Assembly: GCF_009834535.1 (NCBI RefSeq)
Contig: NC_045696.1
Location: 106,642,001-106,706,000 of the forward strand
Origin: Camelus ferus
Lineage: Eukaryota
Direction: 5' to 3'
DNA length: 64,000 bases
Under the pieces are notes generated by a model. The model did not search any database, was not told the origin of the DNA, and was given only the letters and a program-made list of their open reading frames with translations. Below are positions 36,961 to 50,509 of this stretch, piece by piece; within the stretch, counting starts at the first letter, position 1; every line of letters begins with the position of its first letter. The translations under genes and the position numbers were made by a program.

Positions 36961-37749
36961 TTGACTCCAGTGGTGACGCCGGGTGTATAGGATTGGAAAA
37001 CTCTTACCTATTTTTTCCACCCCAAGCGGCACCACGTCTGAAGATTAAATAGTGCTGAAGGTAAACGCGGGCCCTTCGACGAGATCCACTGTATCCATCG
37101 AAACCTGCCATGAAGATAAACTGCACTGGAGTGATCCTCACGCCTGCTCTTGATTCATTTAGGCTCTGGTCCGAGACCTGGCTTACCCGATTGTAGACCT
37201 CGAGCCAAGAGCGCCACCTCCGCCTGAGCTCGCAAGCAGGTACACAGCCTTCACATTCCTTTCAGCCCCAGCCGAGGCCTCCATCCTGCCCTCTACTCCT
37301 GTTTTCTCTGCAATAAGTTTCGTTTAGCTTGGGGTACCAGGAAGTAGAAGCCCTTTCCAGCCCAGTCCGGGGAGGATTTCCAAGTGTTGCAGGCAACACC
37401 AACTCGGGTTGGACTAGCCTGCAAACTGAGCTCTGTGCTCAGAGCTTGCCAGGGATTGGAGGTCCTGGGCCAGGTCACTGGGAGATCTCCAGGGCTTTGG
37501 GAAGGAATGACAGAAATGTTAACATCTGCAGAGGTACAGCGTCCACGGGACCCGCCACTTAGGAACCCTCAGGGGACACCAAACCCACACACAGCAGTTT
37601 GGGTTAATGCAGACCAACCTCTTGGAAACTGCTTAAGGAGGGGATCTGGCACCTTTCCCTCTTCCCATCCTCCAAACTAACTCAGTCCTTTTGCCCCGGG
37701 GCAACTCGGGGCAGAAGCGTGTCTTGCTTCAGTCCTCTTATTTCCATCT

Positions 37750-39550
37750 CCTCCTTTATCCGCTTTCTTTTTTAAACATCTCGCGCTCAGATTTTAGCTT
37801 GCAGTCCAAGAGTCTGAAGCGGATTATTACGGAGGGTGCGCAATGGTGGCGTGGCAGTTTGTGGGAAGGGGGCCCCTGACTACCCAGGGTTCCGAACCCC
37901 AAGCTGTCTGGGTCATACTGCATTGACTCTGGCGGGAGCCAGCACACAGCTGCTCATACTGGCCTTGGGACTTGAACTCCGCGCTGAGAGGGAACTCAAG
38001 GTTGAGGGCCACGCGCTCCCTGCCTGGCGCCTCAACGTCTCCGCGGACAGCACAGAAGCGTACACCCGTTACACAGTACTGGCTGGCCACCAGTTTATTC
38101 AAGACTCCTTAGTGCTGGACCCCGCCCCAATAGGAGTTCCCGTGATCCCCGGGCCTGGCCTGAGGCTGTCTCCAAACCATGCCTCTACCTTCTTCTGGGC
38201 TACTTTGTCCCTCTGAGCTCTGCCTCCCTGCCAGGCCTAGACCCCGGGGCAGACGTCCTGGACAGGTGGCCCCTAGGAGAACCAGCAGTTTCCGTCACCG
38301 CTGGAACAGGTCTTAGAACAGAGGTCGCCTAAACGCGTCTCCTGCTTTACTCGCAGCCTGAAGCTGGGGGCTCAGGCCGCAGGCCACTCACCAGGGTCGC
38401 AGATCTTCCTGGGACGCGGCTTTTCCGCTTCCGCGTTTGCCTAGAGAATCCGCGCGCATGTCCTCCAGTACGCGCGTCTTTACGCAGCGCAGTCACTCAA
38501 GGCACGCCACGTTCCGGCCTAAGCGTGGTGTCTGGGCCCCTGAGCAACAAAGATTCCGGCAGCGAACCGTCAGTGTTCGGGTCGCGGGAAGGAGAGGCCA
38601 CGAAATCAAGACCCAAGCCACTTCTCGTCCCTGCCCTTCTCCTCCTGGCAACCCAGCAAGGTTCAAGTTGCGCCTTCCTCTCTGCTCTGGGCCTTTGTAG
38701 GGAGCATTTCCCCTCTCCTTCTGCCCAACTCCTTTGCGTACCTCAGGCCTCTTTCAAGGATTCACCTCCCCTGGGGAGCCTTCTTTGATTCCAGGGCTGG
38801 GCTAAGGCCCCCTTCTATGCTCTCACTCTCAGGTCCTCTCCATTTCACGCGCTCTTTCCCAGCCTGGTGTGGAGCCCCGTCGCCGCCCATGCAGCCCACG
38901 AGACTTCGAGTTTGAGCTTCTCGAAGGTCATGTTACGTTATTTTTGAGTGCCCAGGGTCTGCACAACTCCGAGAGCAAAGAAGACACTGGATAGTTTCCT
39001 TCTGCTCAGGCTGTCTGACAACAGGACTTTCCGTACCTTACAGCTAACGGGACAGGACCCCAGATGCAGCCTGGTAGAGCCAAGCGCGGACATCACGGGC
39101 CCTCAGGCCTGCACCCACCTGCCTGGCTTCAACGCTCTGCCGGCCCTCCAGCCACCACCCCTCCTCTCTAGTGGGCAGAAGATCTCTGCTCCGAGGCATC
39201 TGGGGCAGGGAGAGGAGGGTGCGCAGACCATGGCTTGGAGAAGGTGGTTGGGGGTGGAGGAGCAGAGGAGAGCTTAACACGCGGCTCTAGCCTGGTGCGT
39301 TTTCGAAGAGACCAGGAGAGTAGCCGCGTCTGGACAGGCCGAGGTGCGGGGCACTCACGTGACGTCAGGCTGGCCGTCTCATTGCGGCCTCTTGGGGATT
39401 CTGGAGAGGACCTGAGCGGAAGTTCCAGATGCTGGTTTCGGGGAACCTCGGGAGCAAGCCAGAGCAAGCCGCTCGCTACTGGGAGTGTGAGCGCTAATCC
39501 AGCCCCGTCCCAAGAGTCAGCAGCCCAGGAGCCACCGTTGCAGATGATAA
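37750..39550. promoter_or_regulatory. CpG-rich region upstream of SOX14
   Basis: Frequent CGCG/ACGCG, especially 38330-38600 and 39270-39500. Confidence 0.7.
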
Positions 39551-40164
39551 ATTCATCTTGGGAAATAATGCACTTTAGTTAAATCATAAACTTTTTGCTT
39601 TTGCTTATTCCCCAAATGTTTTAATATTTGGCGCCCCTGCTTTTTCCTTTTTTCAGTCTATTTCCAAATTCAGAGATGTATATCCCATCTCTAGAGAGTG
39701 CTCAAGAAGACCCAGGGTTCTGGTCCTATTAAGACATTTCCTGGTAATTGCTCTAGGGTCTTCCTTCCAGAACCCAGCCTAGCCCACTCGTGCGTCTTCA
39801 AATTTTGTAACACTCCAAGTGTCTTGTTGCAGCCAAGATGGCACAGGAGGTGAAGCTTCCACCAAAAAACAGTGAGAAACGGAACAAAACCGGGTCCCAG
39901 AAATGACGCTTGGAGTGCCTGTAACAGCACGTTTGACCCTGAGCTGACAGAGAGCACTTGGCTGGGATGAAGGACGCTTCTGCCTCAAACCCCAAGTGTG
40001 CCCAGTTAAGGAGACTTTTTGATACTTCAACCCACCTTAACTTGAGTAGCTGGGATCTGGTGGAAGCAGAGATCACGTGACCAACTGATTTGGTGCAGGC
40101 CAATAGAGGACTACATCCACAGACTTCTTTCAGAAAGAGCAAGGGTGAGTGCAGGGGTAGGGCT

Positions 40165-40690
40165 TTGAAATCTTACTCGTTCATTCAAGCACCTACTCTG
40201 TGTCAGGCACTGTGCTGGGTACTGGGATACAGCAATGAACAAAACCTGCAAATGCCCTTCTCCCTTGGTGTTTACAGCCCAACGGGAGGATGGACAAAAA
40301 TCAAGAAACAAATCATGGGGTTATTCCTGGCCCCACCACCAAATAGTTACATCACTTTAGGCAAAGTGCTTAACCTGTGCCCTGGTTTCCTCACCTGTAA
40401 TGGCTGTAATGGATATTATCAGGCTAATTGAGCTACTATGAAGAAAACCCTTAGAACAGTGCTTGGCATATGAACCTGCCCAATAAATTGTTCGATTTTA
40501 TTATTTTATCATTAAATAAATACAGAATTAATTTCTGGTAGTGCTAAGTGGCCAACAGTGAATCAGGGTGATGAGATGGGCCGAGGGAAGGAGGGCGGTT
40601 TCATTTACATTGGGTGCCTAGGACCTGAACACTGGAAGGAGCCAGACTTATGAGGGAAGGGGGGCTGGGAGACCATCCAAGGCCTTGTGA
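40165..40690. mobile_element. L2 3' end (minus) interrupted by a MIR (plus, ~40325-40500)
   Basis: ttcattcaagcacctactctgtgtcaggcactgtgctggg (L2); ttaggcaaagtgcttaacctgtgccctggtttcctcacctgtaa (MIR). Confidence 0.75.
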
Positions 40691-41842
40691 ACTCCACAAG
40701 GAGCCTGGGTTTTCACCCTACGTGGATGGGGAAGGGGGACCCATCAGAATGATTTAACACCAATCCCAGCAACCACACACACAAATTATTCATTATCAGA
40801 CACTCTACTGATGGATGGACAAATCTCACCGCCAATTGTGGGCCAATAACTTCATGAGTGGAGAGATTTTTCTTGGCCCTGGGGTCAGCTGCTTGACTGC
40901 CCTTCAAAAATAAGGCCACCCTACTGAAAGCTTTAGATACCTCTCTTCCTTCCCCAGAAGAAGCCAAGGAATAAAACAAGGGAGGGTCACAGAGCATGAT
41001 TCTGAAAACATGTCCATTGATATTCAGTGGATATTGGCAGCCTGATGGGTCCCTGACTTACTCTTCTCACTTCCCACCAAATAAAGTTCTCCTATTTCCC
41101 AGGCCTCTGAGTTGGCCCTTTCTGGAGACACTGAGTCCACATGTAAGCATTCTGAATATCTCAGCCTGAGAAATATAGGAGTTGTGAGCAAGTGAGGTTT
41201 CTTAGGATTAAAAAACATACTGGTGCTTATAAGAACAGGAAAGATACATTTTGTTTATAAGCATAAAAGCCAGCAGAATGTCAACTTTGCATGTCTCTCC
41301 CTTAGGTTTTGTTGCGTTCAGGTGTTTCACATGCATTAGGGCTCCCCAACCCCATTCTTCTAATATAAGAATCCTTGGTCAGCTTTTATCATAAATAATA
41401 CTCTTTAAGGCTTTGTGTTTGCCTAATGCAATCGGCCAAGTTATTGGAGCATACATTCTCTTGCCAATTTTATCACAAATTATACACTGCAGAGGATAAG
41501 ACCAAGCTCTGGCAACAAGCCCCAGTCAAGGATCAGAATAACATTTCCTCTTTTTGTGGTACCTGCCTCTGCTCCCAAATCTAAATTGCAGGAAATGTTA
41601 GAGCACTCAGCAGTCACAAAAGGAGCTACATTAAGTACGCTTATTTTCATGTACCATTTACTTCTTTAAAGCATCATTTTCACGTGTTCTGAAGATCAAC
41701 AACCTTTAACATTTTATTTAATAAGAAAGTCATTGAAATATCTGTGGAGTTGATGGTTAACAGTAAAAATGGAGTTTAAGACCTAGGGACTTCTAATTGC
41801 TGTGAGAACTTGGGCAAATGATTTGACTACTCTTAACCTCAG

Positions 41843-42250
41843 GGTAACAAATTACCCCCAAGTTTAGTGGCTTTAAACAACAGACTTGGATTATGTTGTA
41901 TGGTTTCTGGGGGACAGGAATACGGGAGCAGCTTAGCTGGGTGGTTCTGACTCAGGGTTGCTTATGAGAGTGTGACTGAGATGTTGCTAGGGCTGCTGTC
42001 ATCTGAAGGCTCGACTGAGCCAGACCTGTTTCCAGGGTCCTTTGTGCAGCTGTTGGTTAGAGGCTTCAGTTTCTTATCACCCGGCCTCTCCCTAAGGACT
42101 GCTCCCAGCATGGCAGCTGGATTCCCCTTGTGCAAATGATCTGAGAAGGCTGGAGACAGAGGCTTGGTCTGCTGTGGGAGGGGACTACACCAGGGGTGCA
42201 TACCAAGAGGAGGCATCACTGGGGGCTGTCCGGGGGGCTTCCTACCACAG
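41843..42250 (-). mobile_element. MLT1-type MaLR LTR
   Basis: gtaacaaattacccccaagtttagtggctttaaacaac...gggagcagcttagctgggtggttctgactcaggg. Confidence 0.8.
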
Positions 42251-43039
42251 ACTCCACTTGGACAACAGAGTGGGAAGAGCTGTGCAGATAGCAAGATACC
42301 ATACTCGCAGTTACCCTCACTGATTCTGTTTCTTCCAGACACCATTACAGCTGTTCTGGTCAGAACTGTGCCAAGAACCCCATTTTGTCTTAAGTTCTAC
42401 CACTTCCCCCTGTCGGTGTAAATTTAGCCCTGCTTGGTTTGGCTCTTGCCCTTTCTCCAGTTTTTCACACCATTCTGTCCCTCACCATTCTCATTCCCAT
42501 ACTCTGTCCTGGGAACTTCTGTCGGCTTCTGTGAGCGAAGATGCTCATAGTTACTCAGGTGCCATTAGAGGACTTGAGGAGCTGGATGTTTTTAAGCTTC
42601 AGTGGAAATTTATTACAAAAATATTGGGGTCCTCAGGATCTGAAGGCAGAGTGACTCTAGTAGGGAAGAGGAAGGGGAGTTCTGGGACCTCACAGGTTCA
42701 TGGACTTTGTCTCTGGGGCCACAAACACCGAGGGGTGGCCACAAATGCCACTCGGTTCATCTGGAGGAGCTGGCTTTATGAAGAAGACTGCTGCAGACCC
42801 GGGTCAGTGTGACTGTGATGGGGAAAGCGGAGGCAGGCTTGATGATACTGATGGGTAGGGAGCCCCGTGCAGGACCCCTGAAATGGTACCACTTCACTGT
42901 CTGCTCTTTAGCCAGTCCTGATCCTTGCATCTGCCGTGAAATAAACTGTGAAATGATCTCCAAGTGAAACCCATTAGCGATCAGTGGAAGAAGAGTCAGT
43001 GCATTGACTTAGCATATGCTGATCAATTTGACCTTTTTC

Positions 43040-44250
43040 TTTGTTGTTATTTAAATTTGATTTTACTGAAACAGTACATTCACTTGGTTTAAAAGGTTAG
43101 AAAGTACTAAAGCTTGGTGAGTCTCTTGCCCCAGGAAACACCTGCTTTTCACAGTCCCCCAAACAGCCTTGCTCCAGAGATAATCGTTTTCTTTTCAAAT
43201 ATTTTAAATAATATTTTAAAACATATATTTTAATATTTAAATTTTTTTCAATATTTTTAAAATATATATTTTTTCAGAGATAATCACTTTCTGTTCTTCT
43301 GGAATCACTTCATATCTCCATATTTCTAAAAAAAAATGTGTGGACTGTTATCTACTGGCTTAAGAGTTGAAGAGTTAGTTCTCTGACCTCCACTCACTGT
43401 TTCCTCTTCTCCACTCTCCTAATGTAGTTCCATTAAATATAGGCCTTTTTTTTTGGTTAAATTAGCATTATTATACCTATGCAATATTCACAGGTGAACA
43501 TTGTGGTGTATTATGATGATGTTCATTTCCTATTTTCTACCTATTGCCCTCGTTCCCACTTACTTGGTTTGCTTCGTAGCTGTTCCTGATTCTCCCCAGC
43601 CTTCCCACAGCCTCCCACACAACTTCCCACAAGGTCAGTCATGTCAGGTCTAGTCTCTTTCCTGGAAACATCCTTCCTGGATGTCTTGTCCTTCTGGGTT
43701 GACTTCTGAGTTTCTGTTTCTCACATCTTCCCCTTTTTTGTATAGTCCCATGTTTTATGGGAGTACATCTTCCAGTATTTTCACTGGGTTGGGGAGGTGG
43801 CAAGCCAGTGGCTGTCCTCAACGTGAGTGTCTGGAAGTCCCACTGCTCCTGGCTGGGGTGGTTGCTTCTCAGGCTGGTGACTGAGATCTCCTTCCATCTT
43901 CACCCAGAGCATTGCCTTCACTCCTCTCCCCTGTTGGGGTTCCAGGTTTGGAGTCCTGTCTTCCCCTCTCAGGTTTCATCCTTCATGGTTTGGGATACAA
44001 ATGTCCTGTCCTCACTTTTGCTCCTCCCCTTGGCTCTGGCCCCCTACCTCTAACTTTCTGAGTTCTTCTGTCTTACCTCTTGGCATTCCTTCTCCCCTGC
44101 CCTCCAGAGGCTAGTACCCTTATGCTGCCCTGTGGCAGGACTGCCCTGCAAAGGCTCCTGTACTCTTCTTAGAGCTTTTCCTAAAAATGTACAAGGAAAC
44201 AGTTCAATTTGGAACAGATCTGACATTGGAAAAGTTGGCATCTCTGATTC
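43040..44250 (-). mobile_element. Old LINE-1 relic(s)
   Basis: T-rich degenerate sequence resembling antisense L1M. Confidence 0.45.
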
Positions 44251-44464
44251 TAGTGTGGTTTAGTTGCAGGAAAGAAAGTTCAGTTGACACAAACCTTGCA
44301 AAGCCTCCTCAACCTATGTGGTAAGGGACCCACAGGACTTGATCCAAGAGTTGGGCAGGGATCTGTCCTTCTTGGTTGTTATCCATGCAGATTTCAGTTG
44401 AACCAGTGAGGCAAGATGTAAACTCAGAAAGTGTTGTGAGAACAACGATTGTAGCAGATAATAG

Positions 44465-44670
44465 CCAACAATGATTGAATTCTTCCTGACTTATATTGTG
44501 TTCCAAGTACCATGCCTACATGGAGAAATCTGTTATTATCCTCATTTTGAAGATGAGGAAACTGAGGCTGTAAAAATGTTAGACAGGACTTGCCCAAGGT
44601 CACAGATCTAGTAAGCAGTGGGTCCAAGATTTGAACTCCAGTGTTGTCTGACTCAAGGGTCCTCATCTTG
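44465..44670 (-). mobile_element. MIR SINE
   Basis: cctcattttgaagatgaggaaactgaggct...gacttgcccaaggtcacagatctagtaag...gatttgaactc. Confidence 0.88.
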
Positions 44671-45799
44671 CTATCCCCACTCCCCTCAATATGACCCACG
44701 GTGAACTTGAATGGAGCCTTGGCATTATGAGGCAGAGGAAGACTGTGGATCTTTGAGGGCTAGGTCTTCACAAAAGGCTCCTTGAGCAGAAATCTTGACT
44801 CTTCCTTCATGAAAAGATGGGAGGATCGTATAGGCTGAGGGGAGGGAAGAAGGCAGTTCAGGTGGAGAGATGTGGGCACTGAGACAGGTAAAGAGATGAG
44901 ATGAAGGACTCAGTACAAACTGGGAAGAGGTGAGAGGTAAAGTGGACCAGATTTCGACGGCACTGGAGACCAGAATGAGGGGCTGGCAGTCTGTCAGATG
45001 GGCAACTAGAACAGTACATGTTGGAGATGAGGGGGTAAGAGCTTGAAAGTGGGACCTTGTGAAGTTCAGTATGAGAGTGTTATAGAAATGGATGGAGATG
45101 GGAGGACATTGAAAGCTATCCTGTACTTATTTACTGTCCTTATTTATTCTGAATAAGCATTTGCAATGTCTCTGCTAATGCAACATTTATTGCAATAAAT
45201 TCCCCTAAATTCTTACTTTTATCAGGAAGCAGAATGTCTAGTCTGCTGATGAGGACTTATTTGGTCTGTTATTATGGATTTAACCAAATATATCTTGCAG
45301 CAGTACTTGGCTAAAAATATTTTTAGGTTTGTACTTACTATGCTAGCGTGGATTGACTCCCTTATCAACCTATGTTCAAGAGCTAAATTCAGTAGGATAA
45401 TTTTAGCAATGATTAGTCATTATTATAAATCAGGGCAGTCCATTTATAATACTTGGATTATAATTTAGAAGATAATCTCAATCCTTGTGCTTCATAGTAC
45501 TGACTACACACCGAGATGCTTATTAATCTCCACGACAGACACAAGATTAAGAGAGAAAGAAGCCACTTTGGAATGGTGTGGCAAAGGTCCCTTATGTACA
45601 TTCAAGTCATGGGGCCAAGACTGGTACATAGGTCTGTCTAATCCTACCCTACCAGCCTGCTTCCCTGAAATACTGGTTTGAAGATATCTAAACATAGGGT
45701 ATATTTATTGAATATGTGAAGTTGGACTTGAGCTGAGGAACTAGGTCAGATACCTTCTTTCATGGTCCTGTTTGATGGCGCAGAACCCCCTCCTCATTT

Positions 45800-46420
45800 G
45801 TGAACCATCCTATCCTGATTCTCTGACTTGTCAACACAAAATCTGTGACAGATAATGCTGACTGCCCAGTCAACAGTCATCTCCTCTCGTCTTCCTTGTT
45901 AATCAGATCTTGATTTTTTTTTTTTTTTTTTAGTATCTAGTGCTCGGTTTGCTTGATTAAACCAATAGTAGACTCTCCGTCTACTTGCTAGTGATTGGTT
46001 TAGAGATGGGCATGTGACCCAGTCTGGCCAATCAGTGGGCATCTGCTCTGATGTGGGCTTCTGGGGAAAATCTTCCTTGCTCTGCAAAAGAGTTGCACAG
46101 GAGGAAATGATCCTAGTTTTCCTGTTTTGAGATGACATTGTCTTCATGTCACCATTTCACTATTGGAACTAGGACTGCCTCCTTGAGACCACGATGGGGA
46201 ACGGGAGGAAGAGAACACATGTTGTTAATAAAATGAGGTTGGGGAGTGGTGAAAGGGTGAGAATTTAGTTCCCTGATGACTTTGTCGAGTTGATAAATTG
46301 ACCAACTTTGCAACCCAACTTTGAAACTTTTTGGTGTGTGAGAGAATCCTTTTTCTGTATTGTTTAAGTTCCCTCTGGTGAGGTTTTCTGTTGGTGCAGT
46401 CAAAAGCTGCCTATGTGATA
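45800..46420 (+). mobile_element. MLT1-type MaLR LTR
   Basis: gtgattggtttagagatgggcatgtgacccagtctggccaatcag...ttgtttaag...gcagtcaaaagc. Confidence 0.8.
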
Positions 46421-49369
46421 GCCAAGTCCCCCTCTGCCGTTTCACAATCTCAGGTTTTGTTTAGAATCAGTCCTAGCTGAATTTATACAACTACTGCTCA
46501 GTTTTTATGTGTGGGAGCTGAAGCTCTTTTGGTATGCACATCTGAATCTTCTTTTTATGGATTTTCTGTTCAGCTATACTCTGTTTTCACATACTTAAAT
46601 GTAGTAAAATTGTAATTATTTTTACTGACCAGTTTATTTGGGTTGGCATCTGCTTGCTGTATAAATAACCCCTCCATTTTGCCATTGGGGAGGAATAGGA
46701 ATGAGCTGGGCTGAGTTTCTCCCTGTAATGATCTTGGAACAGTAGGTACTGCTGTCCCTTGATGGCTGCTGGGAAACACGTTGGCCCCAATGGGACTGGG
46801 GGTCTGGATAAGCCCCTCCCCAGCACACACACGTTGTAGCTCTGCTCCTATCCTGCGTCCTATGACTGTGCTGGTTTTACCAGTCATGGTGCAGCTGCCT
46901 ATGGCTGCCCAGCAGCCCCTCTATTCATCTGTCCTTCTGATGACACTGCCTTCAGTGAGGCTGCACTAAAAATCCATCAGATTCTAGCCGTGCCCTCTGT
47001 AAGGTCTCTCTTAGCATCTCTCCATGTCCAAGTGTGGCTGATTCTTTCTATCTTTCCCTTCCCTCCCAGTCCAGAGGGAGAGGTGCCCTCCTTTTCTCCA
47101 AGGTTCCCTCTACCAAAGCACCATTCCTCTGTCTTCCTCCTGCTATAGAGCCTGGGCCCTTTCTATTCATATGTCTTCCACAAAGATGTCATTCTTTCTG
47201 CCTAGGGATGGGCTCTGGTTTCTCTGGTTCTCAGGCAAAAGACATGTCAACTGCACTGCTCTTTTAATGGACCATCCTGGGGTCCCTCTTTCCCTTTATA
47301 AAATCTTCCTTGGTTTGGAACTCCAGGAGGAACTGGAGAGTGCTGACTCTCTCCCTGTAATGATCTTGGAATAGTAGGTAGTGCTCTAGACATCGAGAGT
47401 GGAAAGTCCATGCCTTTGGCTCCATGTCTTCCATGTACCTCTGGTCTTTAACACCCTGTCTTCTGTTCCCTGCTCTTGCAAATTACCAATAAGGGAACCA
47501 GCAAAGGCAACCAGGCACTCATCATGGCAAATGCACGACCCTCTCTCAGCCCTGCTTTCCCTTGACCATGTATGGCCGTTGGTGTTGCTATCCATCCTCT
47601 AAACTCTTCTGACAGGCTCTGACCTCAGCCCTTTGATTCCTCCCTTTTCCCTTTCTGTCTGGGAGAGCCTGGTTGTGGATTGAAAACCCATCAGCTGAGT
47701 TCAGATGAGCTTCTAGCCAAGTACAGTTAACTGTGTACCCAGGACACGTCAGGGTCTTTTACCCAATGGTTCAACAGATGTCTGCTGAATGGACTCAGAA
47801 CTGTCTTCTGCTCTGACCTCCTTCCCAACTTCTAACCCTGTTTCTGTGCTTAATGGGCATTTCCATGTGGGTGTCTTCTTTTTCCTTCTGTCCGGAGCTC
47901 TTTCATTCTATGCTGACTGTTCAGTCATCCTCCTTCTTTATCTCAGCCTGTGGTAGCAGGATTCACCGGGGCTGGGAATACTGGGGTTCCCCTGGGCCCT
48001 TTCTTCCCTCCCTTCTCTCGCCTGCTGCCAGCCGCCAAGCCTTGTCTAGTCTTTCTCCTTAATGCCTGCCCGCTCACCCCTCCTTTCCCTTTCCTATCCT
48101 GAGCTTCTGTCACTTCATGCCTGAACTGACCGGAGCTTTTCTTTGCTTCCAGCGAACCCACACCATTACCAGAATTTTTCAAAAAACCAAACTTAACACT
48201 CCATATGTCACACCTGTGGTTAGATGCCTTTCATAATATGAATCAGTGTCCACCGCTCTCCTGGCTCCTGGGGAGATATCCGATTGGTGTTTCCCACTCC
48301 CCTTTGCTGAGAGGAGAGCCTTTCCTCTCTGGCCATCTGCCACCCCAAGGGGTTGGGACTGTTAGATGCTGGATTTTATGTAGATGGTGAGGCAGTTGTT
48401 CTGTGGAGGACCTGCCAGTGTCCTCAGGTTGGTGACACTGAACAGGATTCAACTCACTCCCAGCTCCCTGGTTCTCGAAATGCAAAGACTCCACCAATCG
48501 CCTCTCAGGTAGAACTCAATTTCCCTTTCCTTGCCATGTGTCCCAGCTGCCCCACTCTCCCGCCTCCTCCCCTTTCTCCCACTGGGTCTAACTTTGTTTC
48601 GGGTGGTAGAAAAACCTCCCTTGGCAAATAAGCACCCAATCCTCTGTCTTTTGTTGGAAGGCACTTGGTCTCTGTAGTTGCTCCCCAAGTGGGTGCCCCT
48701 CACTACTGTGGGAGTGGCTGGGGGAAGGGCAAAGACCCTCAGAATGCCTGTGAGACAGGACGGGAGAGGGAAATTGGATGAAACACAGGGACAGTGACCG
48801 AGGGAAAGAACCTTGCTGCTCTTATATGACTCTGTCTTTAAAATAAATTTCAAATGTCTGTTTGAGCTTCAGTTTCTTAAACTATAAAAGAGATAATAAT
48901 GCCTTCCCCACAGTCTGACATGAGGATCAAAAAGAAAATCCCGTCTAAGCAACAGACCTGGCCTGGAACAAAATAGGAGCAGAACAAAGTGTTATTTCTC
49001 CATTACTTCTCTTCCTCACTCTGACTGCAAATACCCTCTGACTCTCACCCTGAAGTTACACATGTTACGTCTGTTCTGTCTCATTGTCCAGACCTGAGCC
49101 ACATGACCAAGCTGGCTGCCGGGGGGCTGGGAGTCGCGGTCTTTGTTTTGGGCAGACGTGTGCTGTCCCAAATATTGTGTTCCTGTGGAAGAGGAGAGGA
49201 TGCTGGGGGACCACCAGTGTCCTCTATTATATCATCTTGGTGGCCTTCTTTTTTCATTGTTGTTGTTCCTCTTCTCAGTTTTCCCTGGGCACAGAATTTT
49301 AACTAGGAGCTCATCAGAATACCTTACATCGATCAAGAAATAAATATCCCACCTTCTTGGGTCTTGCTG

Positions 49370-50405
49370 GCAAAGTCCAGCTTTTATTCTAGAGGCCCAA
49401 AGTGGCAGAAATATGCATTTATAGCCTCCTTTGCATTTATGGGACAGCGTGACACCCAGTCGTGGACAGCGAGACTGTGAGACATCACAGAGTGGGTGTC
49501 TGCTAAGAACTTCACGAATGATTTTCCTCCCTAATCAAGAAAGGGACTGCATTGGATGGCTCTGAGGCACCACTTCAAAGACCTCTCAGCCTTTCTGCTG
49601 AGGTGACCAGCTTTGTGCCAGCCAGTGCCTGACTGCAGGGGCAGTTGGACGGGGCCTGCCTGGGGCCCGGACATTGTAGTTCTTATTTCCTGTTCTGGGG
49701 CTTCTCTGACGCTGCCACCTTGAAAGTCCACAGAAACCCTGTTCTCTGCAAGGATAACCTGGAGGTGTGGGGGAACTTAGTGCTTGTGCAACCAGCCTCA
49801 AGCACTGGGAGGTCAGAGGTGATAAACTCTTTCTCCTTTCGTATCCCATGTGGATGACAATGAGATGCATTTCATAAGGGTCCTCAGAAAGTCCCAATAG
49901 ATTGAGCACATCTCCCACAGTGGTGGCCACATCAATAATGCATCCTATACTGGCTTTCTCACCATTCCTCTGTCACTGCCCACATCTTAAACTCCTGTTC
50001 TTTATGAAGGAATCATATTCCCTAACCAACTCCTTGCACAAAAGTCTTTGTCTCAGGCTCTGCAGTCAGAAAAGCACAGACTAAGAGAATCTCTTGAAGA
50101 GAAATACATACCCTCACTCCTTATCTTCCTCTTCTCCTCCCTTTTGCTCCCCACTCCTCTCTTTTCTTTCCTTCCTGCTGTCCCTGTGAGGATGAAGGCT
50201 GTGAAGTAACAGCAGCCGCTTTGTGACTATGAGGAGAAAGTCAAGCAAATCAGCGAGAAGCTGACCCAGAGACCTCCCAGGGGTGAGCCCCTGAACCAAA
50301 CCTGGAATGATCTACCTCAGATATTTATGTTGAAATGTAAACGCCAATTGTTTAAATCACTGGGTTGAATATTATGGAATTTGCAGCTGAAAGTATTGTA
50401 ACAAC
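49370..50405 (+). mobile_element. MLT1-type LTR interrupted by an LTR16-like ERVL LTR (~49545-50088)
   Basis: MLT1-like halves flank a segment ending in aactccttgcacaaaagtctttgtctcaggctctgc...cagactaagaga (LTR16-type 3' end). Confidence 0.65.
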
Positions 50406-50509
50406 ACAGAGTCCATAAATCCATTTGCTTGGAGATGAAGGTACAATACACATTTATTCACTCTTGTTTTTCCAATGCATATTAGTGAACTACAAATTCA
50501 TTTAAAAGG

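Noticed and set aside
37205..37230. CTCF-like motif (AGGTGGCGC)
   Set aside because: Lacks the conserved 5' CC of the core motif; too weak to call without ChIP data.
43730..43770. Faint U6 snRNA-like similarity on the minus strand (KHGTIQKR)
   Set aside because: Short, low identity and inside an old L1-like relic; likely chance.
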